64,000 nucleotides of DNA from an uncultured Spirochaetota bacterium (GCA_963845535.1 CAWJSK010000003.1:1-64000), one strand, 5' to 3'; counted from the first letter of the stretch, positions 47,461 to 58,037 are shown. Notes: generated by a model not told the origin, from the letters alone. Numbers and translations: made by a program.

Positions 47461-48875
47461 ACGGTCTGGAACACCGGGGGGTGACGAAGGTCGAGGGTCC
47501 CATCATCATCCTGGAACGGACGGAAGACGTGGGGCTCGGAGAGATGGTGATCGTCTACGACCGCGAGCGGAGCCAGAGGCAGGGACGCATCATCGAGGTT
47601 TCGGAAAAGGCCGTGGCGGTGCAGATATTCGGTCCCAACACGGGGCTGTCCACGGAAAGCTCCGCGGTGGAGTTCAGTGGAGCCCCCATGGAGATGAGGG
47701 TCTCCCGGGACATGCTGGGGAGGATCTTCGACGGCCTGGGACACCCCATGGACGGGTATCCGGCGTCGTTCAGCTCGCTCAAGCTGGACGTGAACGGCGT
47801 CCCCATCAACCCTGATGCGCGCACCTACCCGAAGGATTTCATCCAGACGGGAATCTCCTGCATAGACGGGATGAACACCCTCATCCGCGGCCAGAAGCTT
47901 CCCATTTTCTCCGGCAGCGGACTGCCCCACAACAGGCTCGCCGCGCAGATCATCCGGCAGGCGAAGATCCTCACCTCGGATGAGCCGTTCGTCATGGTGT
48001 TCGCGGCCATGGGGGTCAAGTACGACGTGGCCCGGTTCTTCATAGACGCCTTCGAGGACAGCGGCGTTCTTTCCAACGTCGTGATGTTCCTCTCCCTGGC
48101 GGACGACCCGTCCATAGAGCGCATCATCACGCCGCGCTGTGCGCTCACCGCCGCGGAGTACCTCGCCTACACGTGCGACATGCACGTGCTCGTCGTTATG
48201 ACCGACATCACGAACTATTGCGAGTCCCTGCGCGAGGTCTCCACCATCCGCGGAGAGATCCCGTCCCGCAAGGGATACCCGGGGTACCTCTACTCCGACC
48301 TGGCCTCGCTGTATGAGCGCGCGGGAAGGATCGAGGGGTCCAAGGGTTCCATCACGCAGATACCCGTCCTCACCATGCCCAGTGACGACATATCGCACCC
48401 TGTCCCCGACCTCACGGGCTATATCACGGAGGGACAGATCGTCCTTGATCGGGAGCTGTTCCAGAAGGGGATATATCCGCCCATCGCCGGACTTCCCTCC
48501 CTTTCACGCCTCATGAAGGACGGCATTGGACCCGGCATGACCCGTGACGACCACAAGGAGCTTTCCTCGCAGCTTTTCGCCGCGTATTCCCACGTCAAGA
48601 GCATCCGGTCCCTGGCGTCGGTCATTGGAGAGGAGGAGCTGTCCGATCTGGACAAGCGGTACCTCGCCTTCGGCGACAGGTTCGAGAAGGATTTCCTTGC
48701 CCAGGGCGAGCGTGAAAACCGCAGCATCGAGCAGACGCTCGAGCTGGGGTGGAGGATCCTCACGGCGCTTCCCCGCACGGAGCTGTACAGGATCAAAGAG
48801 GAGACGCTGGAGAAATACTTCACGAAACATGAAAGCCAGGCCGCGGTTGAGCAGAGCGCCGCGGGAAATGCATAA
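47457..48875 (+). CDS. V/A-type ATPase subunit B
   Basis: [38 protein letters not shown]. Confidence 0.97.
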   Translation: MNGLEHRGVTKVEGPIIILERTEDVGLGEMVIVYDRERSQRQGRIIEVSEKAVAVQIFGPNTGLSTESSAVEFSGAPMEMRVSRDMLGRIFDGLGHPMDGYPASFSSLKLDVNGVPINPDARTYPKDFIQTGISCIDGMNTLIRGQKLPIFSGSGLPHNRLAAQIIRQAKILTSDEPFVMVFAAMGVKYDVARFFIDAFEDSGVLSNVVMFLSLADDPSIERIITPRCALTAAEYLAYTCDMHVLVVMTDITNYCESLREVSTIRGEIPSRKGYPGYLYSDLASLYERAGRIEGSKGSITQIPVLTMPSDDISHPVPDLTGYITEGQIVLDRELFQKGIYPPIAGLPSLSRLMKDGIGPGMTRDDHKELSSQLFAAYSHVKSIRSLASVIGEEELSDLDKRYLAFGDRFEKDFLAQGERENRSIEQTLELGWRILTALPRTELYRIKEETLEKYFTKHESQAAVEQSAAGNA

Positions 48876-49505
48876 ATGGCGCGCTACGACGTCCCGCCGA
48901 CAAAATCGAACCTCTTCGCCGTCCGAGGCCAGCTCTCCATAGCGCGCGAAGGCTTCGAGCTTCTCGAGCAAAAGCGCGAGATCCTCATCATGGAGCTCAT
49001 GCGCATGGTGGAGGAGGTGAAGCTTCTCGAACGGGACCTCGACAAACGGGTGGAGTCCGCGTACCAGGCGCTCCGGAGGACCATCGTCGGCCTGGGGCGT
49101 GAGACCGCCCGCGAGGTGAGCGCAGGGATAACCTTCGACTACGTCTTGAAAGAGAAGGAGACCAGGCTCATGGGGATCCCGCTCCCCACCATCGACGTCC
49201 AGACCCCGCACATGGCGCTGAAGTATTCGTTCATGAACACCAACGCCACGTGTGACCGCACGATGGTGGAGTTCTTCGAGCTGCTGAAGCTCGTGGCGCG
49301 GATGGCGGAGATCAGGACCATGGTGTGGCGCCTGGCCAAAGAAGTGCGGCGGACGCAGAGGCGCGTCAACGCCCTGGAGAAGATCGTGATCCCTGACGTC
49401 TTGGAGACCAAGAAGTTCATCGAGGACGTGCTGGAAGAGAGGGAGCGCGAAGTCTTCTTCGTGCAGAAGATCCTCAAGGCGCGGCTCCTGGGGGATAGAG
49501 TATGA
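48876..49505 (+). CDS. V/A-type ATPase subunit D
   Basis: PTKSNL, LLEQKR, TQRRVNALE, LEERERE. Confidence 0.95.
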   Translation: MARYDVPPTKSNLFAVRGQLSIAREGFELLEQKREILIMELMRMVEEVKLLERDLDKRVESAYQALRRTIVGLGRETAREVSAGITFDYVLKEKETRLMGIPLPTIDVQTPHMALKYSFMNTNATCDRTMVEFFELLKLVARMAEIRTMVWRLAKEVRRTQRRVNALEKIVIPDVLETKKFIEDVLEEREREVFFVQKILKARLLGDRV

Positions 49506-49984
49506 AGTCATTGATCCAGACCATCGTGGTTGCCATCAGCGGGTCAGAGGCCTCCATCAGCGCGGCAAAGTACGGGATCATCATGTCGCGCCTCCTCGAC
49601 CTGCGCCTGGTGTTCGTGTACGTGGTGGACACCGCTACGCTCCGCGAGCTTCTTCTCTCCAAGATCTTCGTGGAGGACGAAAGCAAGGAATATGAGAAGA
49701 ACCTCGAGGACAACGGCCACAGGTACCTGAAGTACGTCCAGGAGCTTGCCTCCAAGAAGGGCGTCCAGCCGGAAATGCTCATGCGCCGCGGCACCATCTC
49801 CACGGAGGTCGTCGAGGCGGCGGAGGAAGTCGGAGCTGACATCATCCTCCTGGGCGGCTTCGAGGAAAGCAGAAGCATCCATGACGTTCTGAGCAGGCAG
49901 CAGCGGGAGATCGTCCGAAACGCGAAGTGCTCCGTCCTCATCGTCAAAGAGCCTGCCATAGATCTGGTCTACGACAAGTCCTGA
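49502..49984 (+). CDS. Universal stress protein
   Basis: IVVAISGSE, ADIILLG, CSVLIVK; coupled to ATPase D. Confidence 0.9.
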   Translation: MKSLIQTIVVAISGSEASISAAKYGIIMSRLLDLRLVFVYVVDTATLRELLLSKIFVEDESKEYEKNLEDNGHRYLKYVQELASKKGVQPEMLMRRGTISTEVVEAAEEVGADIILLGGFEESRSIHDVLSRQQREIVRNAKCSVLIVKEPAIDLVYDKS

Positions 49985-50024
49985 CCATCACGGGAACGCG
50001 TCCAGGGCGCGCCTCGTGCAGGCC

Positions 50025-50053
50025 CGCGCACAAGGTCCGCGCACAAGGTCCGC
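50025..50053. repeat. 13-bp direct tandem duplication between convergent genes
   Basis: CGCGCACAAGGTC twice. Confidence 0.7.
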
Positions 50054-50081
50054 GCGCAGACGCGTCCTTGTGCGGGAATCT

Positions 50082-51320
50082 CTACGCCGGCAGCTTCCAC
50101 CTCAACAGCCTCAGGTCCCCCTGGTGGACCAGGACATACAGCCATCCGGAATCCTCCAGCGCGGAAAAGCTTTCGATGGGATCCTCACCAGACTGCAGGA
50201 CATACCTGTGGTAGCCGCGGAGCCCCCAGGCTGAACCGGGAGCGAGCAGGGAAAGCTCGTGCCGCAACCGACCGCCGCCCATGCTCGTGGCATCATCATA
50301 GAGGTAGAGAAGCCTGTCGATCCTGTCATCCCCCCGCGCGGCGGACGCGTCATTCGAGGCCTGGCCCGCGGCGGAGGCCGAGGGCAGGATCACCACCGTC
50401 GACGTCCCTTCGCTCACGGTAACGAGAGCCTTCGAGGTTCGCGAAGGGTCGTGGCCCTGGACCAGCATTTCCAGGCGCCGGGTCGAAGGGTCCCAGCTGA
50501 GCACGGCAAGACGGCCGTCAGACAGGAGGAGCGAGGATTGCACGGGGCCCGCTCCGTCGATCTGCGATCGATCATAGGAGGAGCCGTTCCAGCGGAACAC
50601 GAGCAAAGCGCGTGAGACCGAGTCATAGACGGTCACGCCCCGCTGGCCGGGGGCCTGAGAAGCGCCGGGGACCTGGGCGCCCGGCGCCTGGGAAGCGCTG
50701 CCGAATGTCCCCGCGCGGTCTGCCGGTGTGAACGGATCCGCCAGGGAATCCACCGGCCCGGCGCCAGGGTAGGTCACGCGCAGGAGCGGCCCCGCGGCCC
50801 AGAAAAGGTCAAGGTGATCCGGCCCTGCCGGGAGGATGGCCACCGGCGTGCCGGGCGGCTCCAGCGCGTCCAGCGTCCATGCGGGGGCCCCCGGATCATG
50901 GGAGGCGACTTTGAGGATCAGCTTGTCCTCCGCCGCGCGCGCCATGTACATGACGGTGACCGTATCCCCGTGCGCGATTGTCACGTGCTCGCCAAATGTG
51001 GAGGCGAGCGGAGGCCCCATGTCGATCCGGTCGATCAGCTTCGCCGCCGGGGCGGCCGCGGGAAGCTTCTCCGAAGCCGGTATCTCCACCTCGTAGAGTC
51101 CGGTAGTCTCCCGGTCCGAGTAGACCGCCACGAGGAAGCCGGCCGCGCGCACGAGCGACGCCTGCGCGCCAAGCCTGCCTTTGGCGAGCAGGAGCGCTTC
51201 AGGGACAACCCTTTCGGAGCGTCGAAGGACGCCGCAGCCGGCGAGCAGCGCAACCGAGCAGATCACGAAGCACGGGAGCACCGTGCGTTTGAACAGGAAG
51301 AGGAATCTTGTCTTGACCAT
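50082..51320 (-). CDS. Hypothetical lipoprotein, possibly beta-propeller
   Basis: Lipobox LAGC; beta-strand-rich repeats. Confidence 0.7.
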   Translation of the reverse strand: MVKTRFLFLFKRTVLPCFVICSVALLAGCGVLRRSERVVPEALLLAKGRLGAQASLVRAAGFLVAVYSDRETTGLYEVEIPASEKLPAAAPAAKLIDRIDMGPPLASTFGEHVTIAHGDTVTVMYMARAAEDKLILKVASHDPGAPAWTLDALEPPGTPVAILPAGPDHLDLFWAAGPLLRVTYPGAGPVDSLADPFTPADRAGTFGSASQAPGAQVPGASQAPGQRGVTVYDSVSRALLVFRWNGSSYDRSQIDGAGPVQSSLLLSDGRLAVLSWDPSTRRLEMLVQGHDPSRTSKALVTVSEGTSTVVILPSASAAGQASNDASAARGDDRIDRLLYLYDDATSMGGGRLRHELSLLAPGSAWGLRGYHRYVLQSGEDPIESFSALEDSGWLYVLVHQGDLRLLRWKLPA

Positions 51321-51342
51321 GGTTTTCAGGAAAACCTATAGT
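51313..51342 (+). promoter_or_regulatory. Divergent promoter with palindrome in the spacer
   Basis: TTGACC, 18 bp, TATAGT, 6 nt to ATG 51349; GGTTTTC-AG-GAAAACC at 51321-51336. Confidence 0.55.
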
Positions 51343-51348
51343 ATACGA

Positions 51349-52164
51349 ATGCTCGGGCGGTGTACAGACAAGCACCTTGCAACGCTGCGGCAGCGATACG
51401 GTGAGAAGAAGTTGTTTGAGGCCGCCGTCCGCCGCGAGCACCTCAACTACCAGCGGATCCACATCGGGGACGGCCCCGGCAGCGGGCGGGTGAAGTTCCT
51501 CCTGGCGCAGATGCACCAGACATACTACTTCGGCTTTTCGGAAAGCGCATGCATCCTTGCCGGCACGGTCCTGGAGCAGGCGCTGATCCATCGGCTGGCG
51601 GGATGCATGGCTCACAAGGGCCCGCTGGCGTTCACGAAAGGCGGAGAGAAACGCTGGCTGCAGACGAAGGGTGACCTCCTCGAGCTGGAGCTGGTCGACA
51701 TGCTGGACCTCGCCCGGGCGGAGGGGATCATCCGGGACGGACGGACCCTCCTGCTTGCCCACGAGATCCGCTGGATCAGGAACATGGTCGTGCATGAAAA
51801 GATTCCCCTGTTCAGCCCGAAGGACGGCACGATGCTCCAGTTGAACGTGGCCAAAAGCAGGAAGGGGAGGGTGCGCTACGCAAAGGTGCTCCTGGAAAAA
51901 GAGGAGGTCAGCGCGCTCCTGGAGTCGGAGGCTGTTCGGCCAAGGGATGGGGACGCGGCCGGTCCAAATGACGGGGACGCGGCGGGGCAAAAGCCGGCGC
52001 GCCCCAACAGCGGATACCGGGGCAGCGTCGCGGCCCAGCTCACGGCGTATTTCTGCGTGAGCCGCGTACGTATGATACTTCGCGCGCTTTTCAGCGAACC
52101 AACATCGAAAGGGAAAACAAACAATGAGAGTGGCGGTAGTCTTCTTCTCTGGCAAGAATCGTGA
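51349..52164 (+). CDS. HEPN/DUF4145-like protein (putative RNase)
   Basis: SACILAGTVLEQAL helix and IRWIRNMVVH (Rx4H). Confidence 0.6.
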   Translation: MLGRCTDKHLATLRQRYGEKKLFEAAVRREHLNYQRIHIGDGPGSGRVKFLLAQMHQTYYFGFSESACILAGTVLEQALIHRLAGCMAHKGPLAFTKGGEKRWLQTKGDLLELELVDMLDLARAEGIIRDGRTLLLAHEIRWIRNMVVHEKIPLFSPKDGTMLQLNVAKSRKGRVRYAKVLLEKEEVSALLESEAVRPRDGDAAGPNDGDAAGQKPARPNSGYRGSVAAQLTAYFCVSRVRMILRALFSEPTSKGKTNNESGGSLLLWQES

Positions 52165-52537
52165 AAGGATCAGGGACCTCGCCAACGGGCTGGCCAAGGG
52201 GATCGAAAAGCAGGGGAACCAGGTCGACGTTTTCGACGCCAGGCGGGACAACAACGTAAAGCTTACGATCTACCAGTATATCGCCATTGGGATGGAGCCC
52301 TCCGGATCGTTCTCGGGGAAGGTGCCCGACTCCGTGCGCTCCTTTCTTGCGGGCTCCGGCGTCGTGACAGGGAAAAAGAGCTACGCGTTCGTCTGCCGGT
52401 CCACTCTCGGAACCGCAAAATCGCTTACCAACCTGATGCGCAGCATGGAAGGTGAGGGGATGTTCCTCAAGAGCTCGGATGTGCTCAGATCAAGCGTCGA
52501 GGCTGAAGAGATCGGCAAGAGGCTGCACGTTGGCTGA
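52124..52537 (+). CDS. Flavodoxin-like fold protein
   Basis: RVAVVFFSG..LANGLAKGI..VDVFD, YIAIG, GKKSYAFV. Confidence 0.7.
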   Translation: MRVAVVFFSGKNRERIRDLANGLAKGIEKQGNQVDVFDARRDNNVKLTIYQYIAIGMEPSGSFSGKVPDSVRSFLAGSGVVTGKKSYAFVCRSTLGTAKSLTNLMRSMEGEGMFLKSSDVLRSSVEAEEIGKRLHVG

Positions 52538-52596
52538 AAAGGCGCGCCGCTCCACGGGCTCTCTGTGCCGGAGTGCCGCGCGGGCGCGCCGGGGTC

Positions 52597-53370
52597 CTAT
52601 TCGCGCCAGGGGAAGATCATCCCGCGCAAAGTCCTTTTCCCGACCCTCTCCCTGTCCTCAACGAGCAGAGCATCCCACGGCACGCGGCGCCTGTTTTGAC
52701 CGGGGTTCTGCTCGAGCCAGTCGTATTTGTAGAGACGAAGCTTGAAAGCGACGTTCCACCACAAGAGGATGGTTGCGATGCCGGGCAGAAGAAGGGCAAT
52801 GAACATCGAACCGACAAGAACAATCAGGGCGCAGATGGACAGGCCGATCGAAAAACCGGGATTGTCGAAAAAGACGAGAAAGCTTTTCCGCGTGATCTTT
52901 CGGAACTTCCTGTCCAGCCGGGACTGGATGGGGAAGAAGAACTGCGCGGCAAGTATCCCGGCAATGGTGACCCAGAAAAGCAAGGCCACCGCCAGGGGGC
53001 CGACAATGCTCTTCATCCCCCCGTAGAAGCGAAAGGCATTCCAGACCACGATTCCGTAGATTCCGATTGCCAGCGCGAACAACAGGCTCGACGCCAGGCT
53101 CTCTTTCACGAACCGGAAGAAATCTGAAAAACCCGGCTGCCGATAGTCAGCGATCTCCGCGCACATTTTGCTGACTCCGCCGGTGTACACGGCGAACAGC
53201 GCCACTCCGAAGAGAATCGTGGCCGCGAAAAGCACGGGAACGGCCAGGAAGAGGGGTGCGATCAGGATGAAGACGGCCAGGATGGCGATGTAGCCGAGGT
53301 TCATGATCAGGATGCGGAACAAGTTGTCCCACATGTCGAAAAAGCCCTTTTTTACGAGAAATCCGAACAT
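52597..53370 (-). CDS. Polytopic membrane protein (hypothetical)
   Basis: About six hydrophobic helices; TACAGT -10 6 nt upstream of ATG. Confidence 0.8.
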   Translation of the reverse strand: MFGFLVKKGFFDMWDNLFRILIMNLGYIAILAVFILIAPLFLAVPVLFAATILFGVALFAVYTGGVSKMCAEIADYRQPGFSDFFRFVKESLASSLLFALAIGIYGIVVWNAFRFYGGMKSIVGPLAVALLFWVTIAGILAAQFFFPIQSRLDRKFRKITRKSFLVFFDNPGFSIGLSICALIVLVGSMFIALLLPGIATILLWWNVAFKLRLYKYDWLEQNPGQNRRRVPWDALLVEDRERVGKRTLRGMIFPWRE

Positions 53371-53432
53371 GCGCTCACTGTATCATGGAGCGAAACGAAG
53401 CGCCACTGGCGGCGTTCTCTTCCTCTCTTGCC

Positions 53433-53461
53433 TTGACATTCGCTTGGCGAGTGGCTACGAT
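53433..53461 (+). promoter_or_regulatory. Putative sigma70 promoter
   Basis: TTGACA, 17 bp, TACGAT. Confidence 0.65.
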
Positions 53462-53477
53462 GGGCGTAACGTTGGCG

Positions 53478-54287
53478 ATGATCAACTACTACGACGTGCT
53501 CGGCATCACGCAGAACTCGACCACCCAGGAAATAAAAAAATCTTTCCGCCGGCGGGCCAAGGAAATACACCCGGACCTCAGGCAGGATGATCCGGGACAG
53601 GCGCAGGACGACATGCGCCTGCTTCTCGCGGCATACGAAGTCCTTACAGACATCGACAAGCGGGATGAATACGACCGTTCCCTGCACACCCTGGCTCATG
53701 TACGCGGCTTCGACTATCGCGAGTTCCTTCGCAGGCGGCGTGATGACCCCTTCAGTCAGTCGAAGCTCATCTTCCATGACCTCCTGACGAACAGGGCGGA
53801 TGAGGCAATCGAGCTGTACCTGAGCCTGCTCCAGGGCGGTTCGTTCGAGCTGGAGAGGTACTTGTCACGAGAAGACTACATGGACTGCGCGTTCCTCCTT
53901 GCCGAGGTCTTCGAGACCCGGGGAGCTTTCGCTGACGCGTATCAGCTCTACGCCAAGCTGTGCCGGTATGAGAGGGAAAAGCCCTATTTCCGCCACTTCA
54001 TCGACGAGGTGATCGACAGGCTGAGGGCGCTCTTGTGCTTCAAGATGCTGCCCCAGCTCCAACAGGCGGAGGCAATAGCGCGCCTCAAGGAAATGATCCG
54101 CTTCAACTTCTCCCGCAAGGACAACGCGTTTTTCTACAAGAAGCTCGCGGAGGTGTATGCCTCCAACGGTCAGCAGGAAATCGCGCTCCACTGCCTTAAC
54201 AAGGGTCTCCAGCTGGATCGCAAGCTCTCGGGCGTGAAAAAACTGATGGAGCGCATCGGCTGCCCGGTGTGCCTTGACAATCCCTGA
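53478..54287 (+). CDS. J-domain protein with C-terminal TPR-like helices
   Basis: NYYDVLG, IKKSFRR, HPD, AYEVL..R.EYD. Confidence 0.9.
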   Translation: MINYYDVLGITQNSTTQEIKKSFRRRAKEIHPDLRQDDPGQAQDDMRLLLAAYEVLTDIDKRDEYDRSLHTLAHVRGFDYREFLRRRRDDPFSQSKLIFHDLLTNRADEAIELYLSLLQGGSFELERYLSREDYMDCAFLLAEVFETRGAFADAYQLYAKLCRYEREKPYFRHFIDEVIDRLRALLCFKMLPQLQQAEAIARLKEMIRFNFSRKDNAFFYKKLAEVYASNGQQEIALHCLNKGLQLDRKLSGVKKLMERIGCPVCLDNP

Positions 54288-54354
54288 TGACTTCGGTTTA
54301 CTGATTTTCGCACTCGGCTCGCCCGACGGCACACACAGAGGAGCGTATTCCACC

Positions 54355-55410
54355 ATGAGAAAATCCATCCTGTTGGCTGCACTTGCGGCCTTTCTTACGT
54401 CAACGGCGTGGGCGCAGGTCCTGGACAGGCCCGCCGCAACGGTCAGGCTCGTCAAGACGCAGTCCATCACGGTCAGCCAGCTTCAGCGGGTTGTCGGGCC
54501 CCTGGAGACGCAGTATCGCCGGACCCTGACCAAGGATGAGCGCAAGCAGGTCCTGGACCAGTTGATCGGCACCGTCCTGATTGAGCAGGCGGGAGACAGG
54601 GACAAGATCGCCGTCTCGGACGCCGAGCTGAATGCCCGCATCCAGGAGTACCAGAAGAACCTCGGCACCGCGGCGAACCTGGGGAGATCTTTCACGGACC
54701 AGGAGCTGCAACAGTACGTCAGGAACAACGGGATGTCATGGGATGATTTCCAGAAGCAGATCAAAGACCAGCTTCTCATGTTCGACTACGTCCGCGCCAA
54801 GGACAAGGGCCTTCTTGACACGGTCAAACCCGTAACGGATGCCGACATCCAGGACTTCTATGATGCTCACAAGAGAGAGGAGTTCCTGGATGACGTGGTC
54901 ATCATTCGCCACATCTTCATCGACACACGGGCCCTGGTTTCCAAGGAAGACAAAGACAAGGCGCGAAAGCGGGCGGATGACATCCTCAAGGAGCTGAAGG
55001 CGGGGGCTTCTTTCGGAGATCTCGTCATGCAGTATTCAGAGGACACCGTGTCGAAATACAAGAACGGCGACATCGGGATGTTCATTCGTTCCGACCCGCA
55101 GCGGTTGCAGCTTTTCGGAAAGGATTTCTTCGATGAGATATTCAAGCTGAAGAAGGGGGAAACGAGCGGCGTAATCGCCTCCAACATCGGCTTCCACATC
55201 GTGAAAGTGACGGACCGTATTGACGCCCACCTCCTGACGCTGGAGGACAAGGTTCCGCCGCAGTTCCAGATCACGCTGCGCGAATACATCAGGGGAAACC
55301 TCACCGTCCAGCGCCAGAACGACATTCTGGGCTCGGCCCTCGCGGCCATTATCGCGGACCTGCGCAAGCAGGCTGAAATCAGGTACTTCGACGACAACCT
55401 CTCCTGGTAG
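54355..55410 (+). CDS. SurA/PrsA-like parvulin peptidyl-prolyl isomerase
   Basis: Signal peptide ending AWA; RHIFI, YSED..GDIG, GFHIVK. Confidence 0.9.
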   Translation: MRKSILLAALAAFLTSTAWAQVLDRPAATVRLVKTQSITVSQLQRVVGPLETQYRRTLTKDERKQVLDQLIGTVLIEQAGDRDKIAVSDAELNARIQEYQKNLGTAANLGRSFTDQELQQYVRNNGMSWDDFQKQIKDQLLMFDYVRAKDKGLLDTVKPVTDADIQDFYDAHKREEFLDDVVIIRHIFIDTRALVSKEDKDKARKRADDILKELKAGASFGDLVMQYSEDTVSKYKNGDIGMFIRSDPQRLQLFGKDFFDEIFKLKKGETSGVIASNIGFHIVKVTDRIDAHLLTLEDKVPPQFQITLREYIRGNLTVQRQNDILGSALAAIIADLRKQAEIRYFDDNLSW

Positions 55411-55437
55411 AAGGGGGGGGCCGCCAGCCGGGGAGCC

Positions 55438-55860
55438 ATGGGTGCCCGAAGAAAGGGACGGATCATTGCGTTCCAGTCGCTGTACCGGCACGACCTTTCC
55501 GGCGCGGGCGTTGAGGAGCTGCTCGACTTTTCCTGGCTGGACGGCGACAAGGCCCAGAAGCTCGGCGGCGAAACCGTCCATTTTGCGCGGCTTCTTATCC
55601 AGGGGGCCCTCGAAAACCTCACGCAGATAGATACCATCATCAGGGGCCAGTTGGAGAACTGGGACTTCACCCGGCTCAACAGGGTGGACCTGGCAATCCT
55701 CCGCATGAGCGTCTACTGTCTCCTGCATCAGAAGGACATTCCGTCCACGGTCACCATTGACGAAGCGGTGGACATTTCGAAGACCTTCGGGACCTCGGAC
55801 TCCTACCGCTTCGTCAACGGGGTGCTCGACGGGGTGCGCAAGAAGTACCTCGGAGAATAG
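55438..55860 (+). CDS. nusB: Transcription antitermination factor NusB
   Basis: RRKGR..FQSLY, DLAILR, IDEAVDISK, FVNGVLD. Confidence 0.96.
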   Translation: MGARRKGRIIAFQSLYRHDLSGAGVEELLDFSWLDGDKAQKLGGETVHFARLLIQGALENLTQIDTIIRGQLENWDFTRLNRVDLAILRMSVYCLLHQKDIPSTVTIDEAVDISKTFGTSDSYRFVNGVLDGVRKKYLGE

Positions 55861-55866
55861 AAGCTG

Positions 55867-57495
55867 ATGAAAACGGGGCGGGCCATTGCCCTTGGCGGCG
55901 GAATACTTCTGGGGTGTTGCGCAGCGCTCGCCGCGGCGTACTTTTTTCTCCTCCCGCTCTTCTTCCCGGGGCCGCGCATAGCGCCGCGGCTTGCCGTCAT
56001 CGATTCAGCGATTGCCGGCGGATATCTCTCCACCGCGCAGGCGGAGCTCCTTGCAATCCGCGCAGTGCCGCGAAATGAGGGCGACGCCCTGCGCCTCCTG
56101 AAACGCGCCTTCGTTCTTAGCCGCCAGGCGGGGGACTTCCGGCTGCTTGCAACCATGGCTGACCGGGCCCTGGCTTCCGGCGCCGGGACGCCGCGCGTGC
56201 GCAGCATTGCCGCATACGCGTACCTTCGCACGGGGCGCCTGGCGGATGCTGAGGCCGTGTCGCGGTCCGGACTGCCCTCCGGGGCAGGTGATCTTCTCCG
56301 GGGAGAGATCGGCGTGAAGCGGGGAACTGTCTGGCGGGGTTCCGACAGCCTTACTCGCGGGTTGCTTGCCCTCGAAACGTCGAAGAACCCCTCGGACTTC
56401 GTTGCAGCCGCGCGGAACGTTGACGACAAGCGCATCAACCTGGATGCAGCGCTGCTGTTCCTTGAGGGCGGGGACCTGGCGCGCGCCCGGTTGCTGGCGG
56501 CCGCGTCGCTGAAAGATGCCCTCTTCGACCTGCCTGCCGCGTTGATCGCCTATGACGCTGGGGATTTTGAAAACGCCATCCAAAGGCTGACCCGGCTGCA
56601 GGCACGGGGAAGCCCCCGGGCTGATATCGCTCTCCTGCTTTCCGATTGTTACCGGGCTCTTGGGATGAACGTCGAATACGATGCCGCCCTGCGCAGCGCG
56701 CTACGGCTGGATCCCAGCGTCTCGTGGACTCCCTACGCGGACCTGGCAATGATGGCCCAGACGAAGGGTGACCTGCGCGGCGCTCGTGATTTTCTTGCGC
56801 AGGGAAGGGCGCTTTTCCCCGGTTCGCGCGAGCTTGTGCTCGCCCAGGCGCGTCTTTCGGCCGCAACGGGGGACACGCCGGCGGCGCTCGATCTTCTTGA
56901 TGCCCTTGTCGCTCAAAGACCGGACGATGCGGAGGCAGCTCTCCTCCTTCTTGGCCTGAAGTCGCCGGGCATGTCGGCGCCGGCGTACCGCGTGGAGCTG
57001 TGGAAGCTGTTCGACCGCTTGCCCTCTGATCCCCGGGTCTTCCTGACGCTGGAGTCCGCGCTCTTTGCCTCGCACGACTGGGAAGGCGCGGGCATTGCGA
57101 TGCACGAGCACCAGGCGGCGCACGGCGGACTTGACGCGGAGTCACTTTCCATCCGCGCGGTCATCGAGGCGGTGCAGGACAAGGATGAGCAAGCCGCCGC
57201 ATCTTTCGGCCAGGCCGCGGCGGAGGCCGGGGACGGAATGTACAAATACAACCTCGCCGTGCTTCTCCTGCACGGCGGGAAAGCGCAGGAAGCGTTGGCG
57301 CAGCTTGACCAGGCAGCCTCCGTGGATAACAACCAGGTTGCGGCGCGAATCGAGACGCTGCGGGGCAGGTGCCTGCTTGCAACCGGTGACCTGAGGGCGG
57401 CGCGCGGCGCGTTCCTCCGAGCCCACGGCCTTGATCCTCATGACCTGAGAGCGGCTCTTGAGCTGCGCAAACTTGAAGCCCAGGGAGATCAATGA
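55867..57495 (+). CDS. Membrane-anchored TPR protein
   Basis: N-terminal hydrophobic helix; TPR-like repeats. Confidence 0.75.
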   Translation: MKTGRAIALGGGILLGCCAALAAAYFFLLPLFFPGPRIAPRLAVIDSAIAGGYLSTAQAELLAIRAVPRNEGDALRLLKRAFVLSRQAGDFRLLATMADRALASGAGTPRVRSIAAYAYLRTGRLADAEAVSRSGLPSGAGDLLRGEIGVKRGTVWRGSDSLTRGLLALETSKNPSDFVAAARNVDDKRINLDAALLFLEGGDLARARLLAAASLKDALFDLPAALIAYDAGDFENAIQRLTRLQARGSPRADIALLLSDCYRALGMNVEYDAALRSALRLDPSVSWTPYADLAMMAQTKGDLRGARDFLAQGRALFPGSRELVLAQARLSAATGDTPAALDLLDALVAQRPDDAEAALLLLGLKSPGMSAPAYRVELWKLFDRLPSDPRVFLTLESALFASHDWEGAGIAMHEHQAAHGGLDAESLSIRAVIEAVQDKDEQAAASFGQAAAEAGDGMYKYNLAVLLLHGGKAQEALAQLDQAASVDNNQVAARIETLRGRCLLATGDLRAARGAFLRAHGLDPHDLRAALELRKLEAQGDQ

Positions 57496-57578
57496 TATCT
57501 TTTGCACGGCCCGGGAGCGCGCGCGGGGGCGTCCGGGCGGGTCCGGATCAGGCGAAGCGTGGCGGGCAAGGAGACCGA

Positions 57579-58037
57579 ATGCCGAACAAGAATGAAAACT
57601 CCAACTGCATCATCGGGGAAGGCTCCATTTTCAACGGGCGTTTCTACGTGAACGGCTCCATCCTGATTGAAGGAAAATTCCAGGGCGACATCAGAACGGA
57701 TGATCAGCTCACTGTCGGCCCATCCGGGAAAGTGAAGACGGACATCGTTGCCCGTCGCGTCACCGTTGCCGGCACGCTCATTGGAAACATCACAGCCTCG
57801 GAGGAGGTCAGCCTGCTGCACACCGGCAAGGTTCTTGGCAACATCTCCACCCCCAAGCTCACCATGGAGCCCGGCGTCGTTACGGAAGGGAAGGTCACCA
57901 TCACCTCCGGCTTGTCTGACGATGCAAAGAAGATCATCGAGGAGTCCTTCGGCGCGGAGACGGAGGAGGCCTTCACGTCGCTCCTGAGGGAGAAGAAGAA
58001 GGAAAAAGCGAAAGGCAAGGAGGAAGCGGGCGCTTAG
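57579..58037 (+). CDS. Bactofilin (polymer-forming cytoskeletal protein)
   Basis: IIGEGSIFNG..IEGKFQGDI..VTVAG..GNI; AAGGAG RBS. Confidence 0.9.
   Translation: MPNKNENSNCIIGEGSIFNGRFYVNGSILIEGKFQGDIRTDDQLTVGPSGKVKTDIVARRVTVAGTLIGNITASEEVSLLHTGKVLGNISTPKLTMEPGVVTEGKVTITSGLSDDAKKIIEESFGAETEEAFTSLLREKKKEKAKGKEEAGA

Noticed and set aside
51946..51990. DGDAAG duplication inside the HEPN-like gene
   Set aside because: Short in-frame slippage duplication in a linker; no evidence of function
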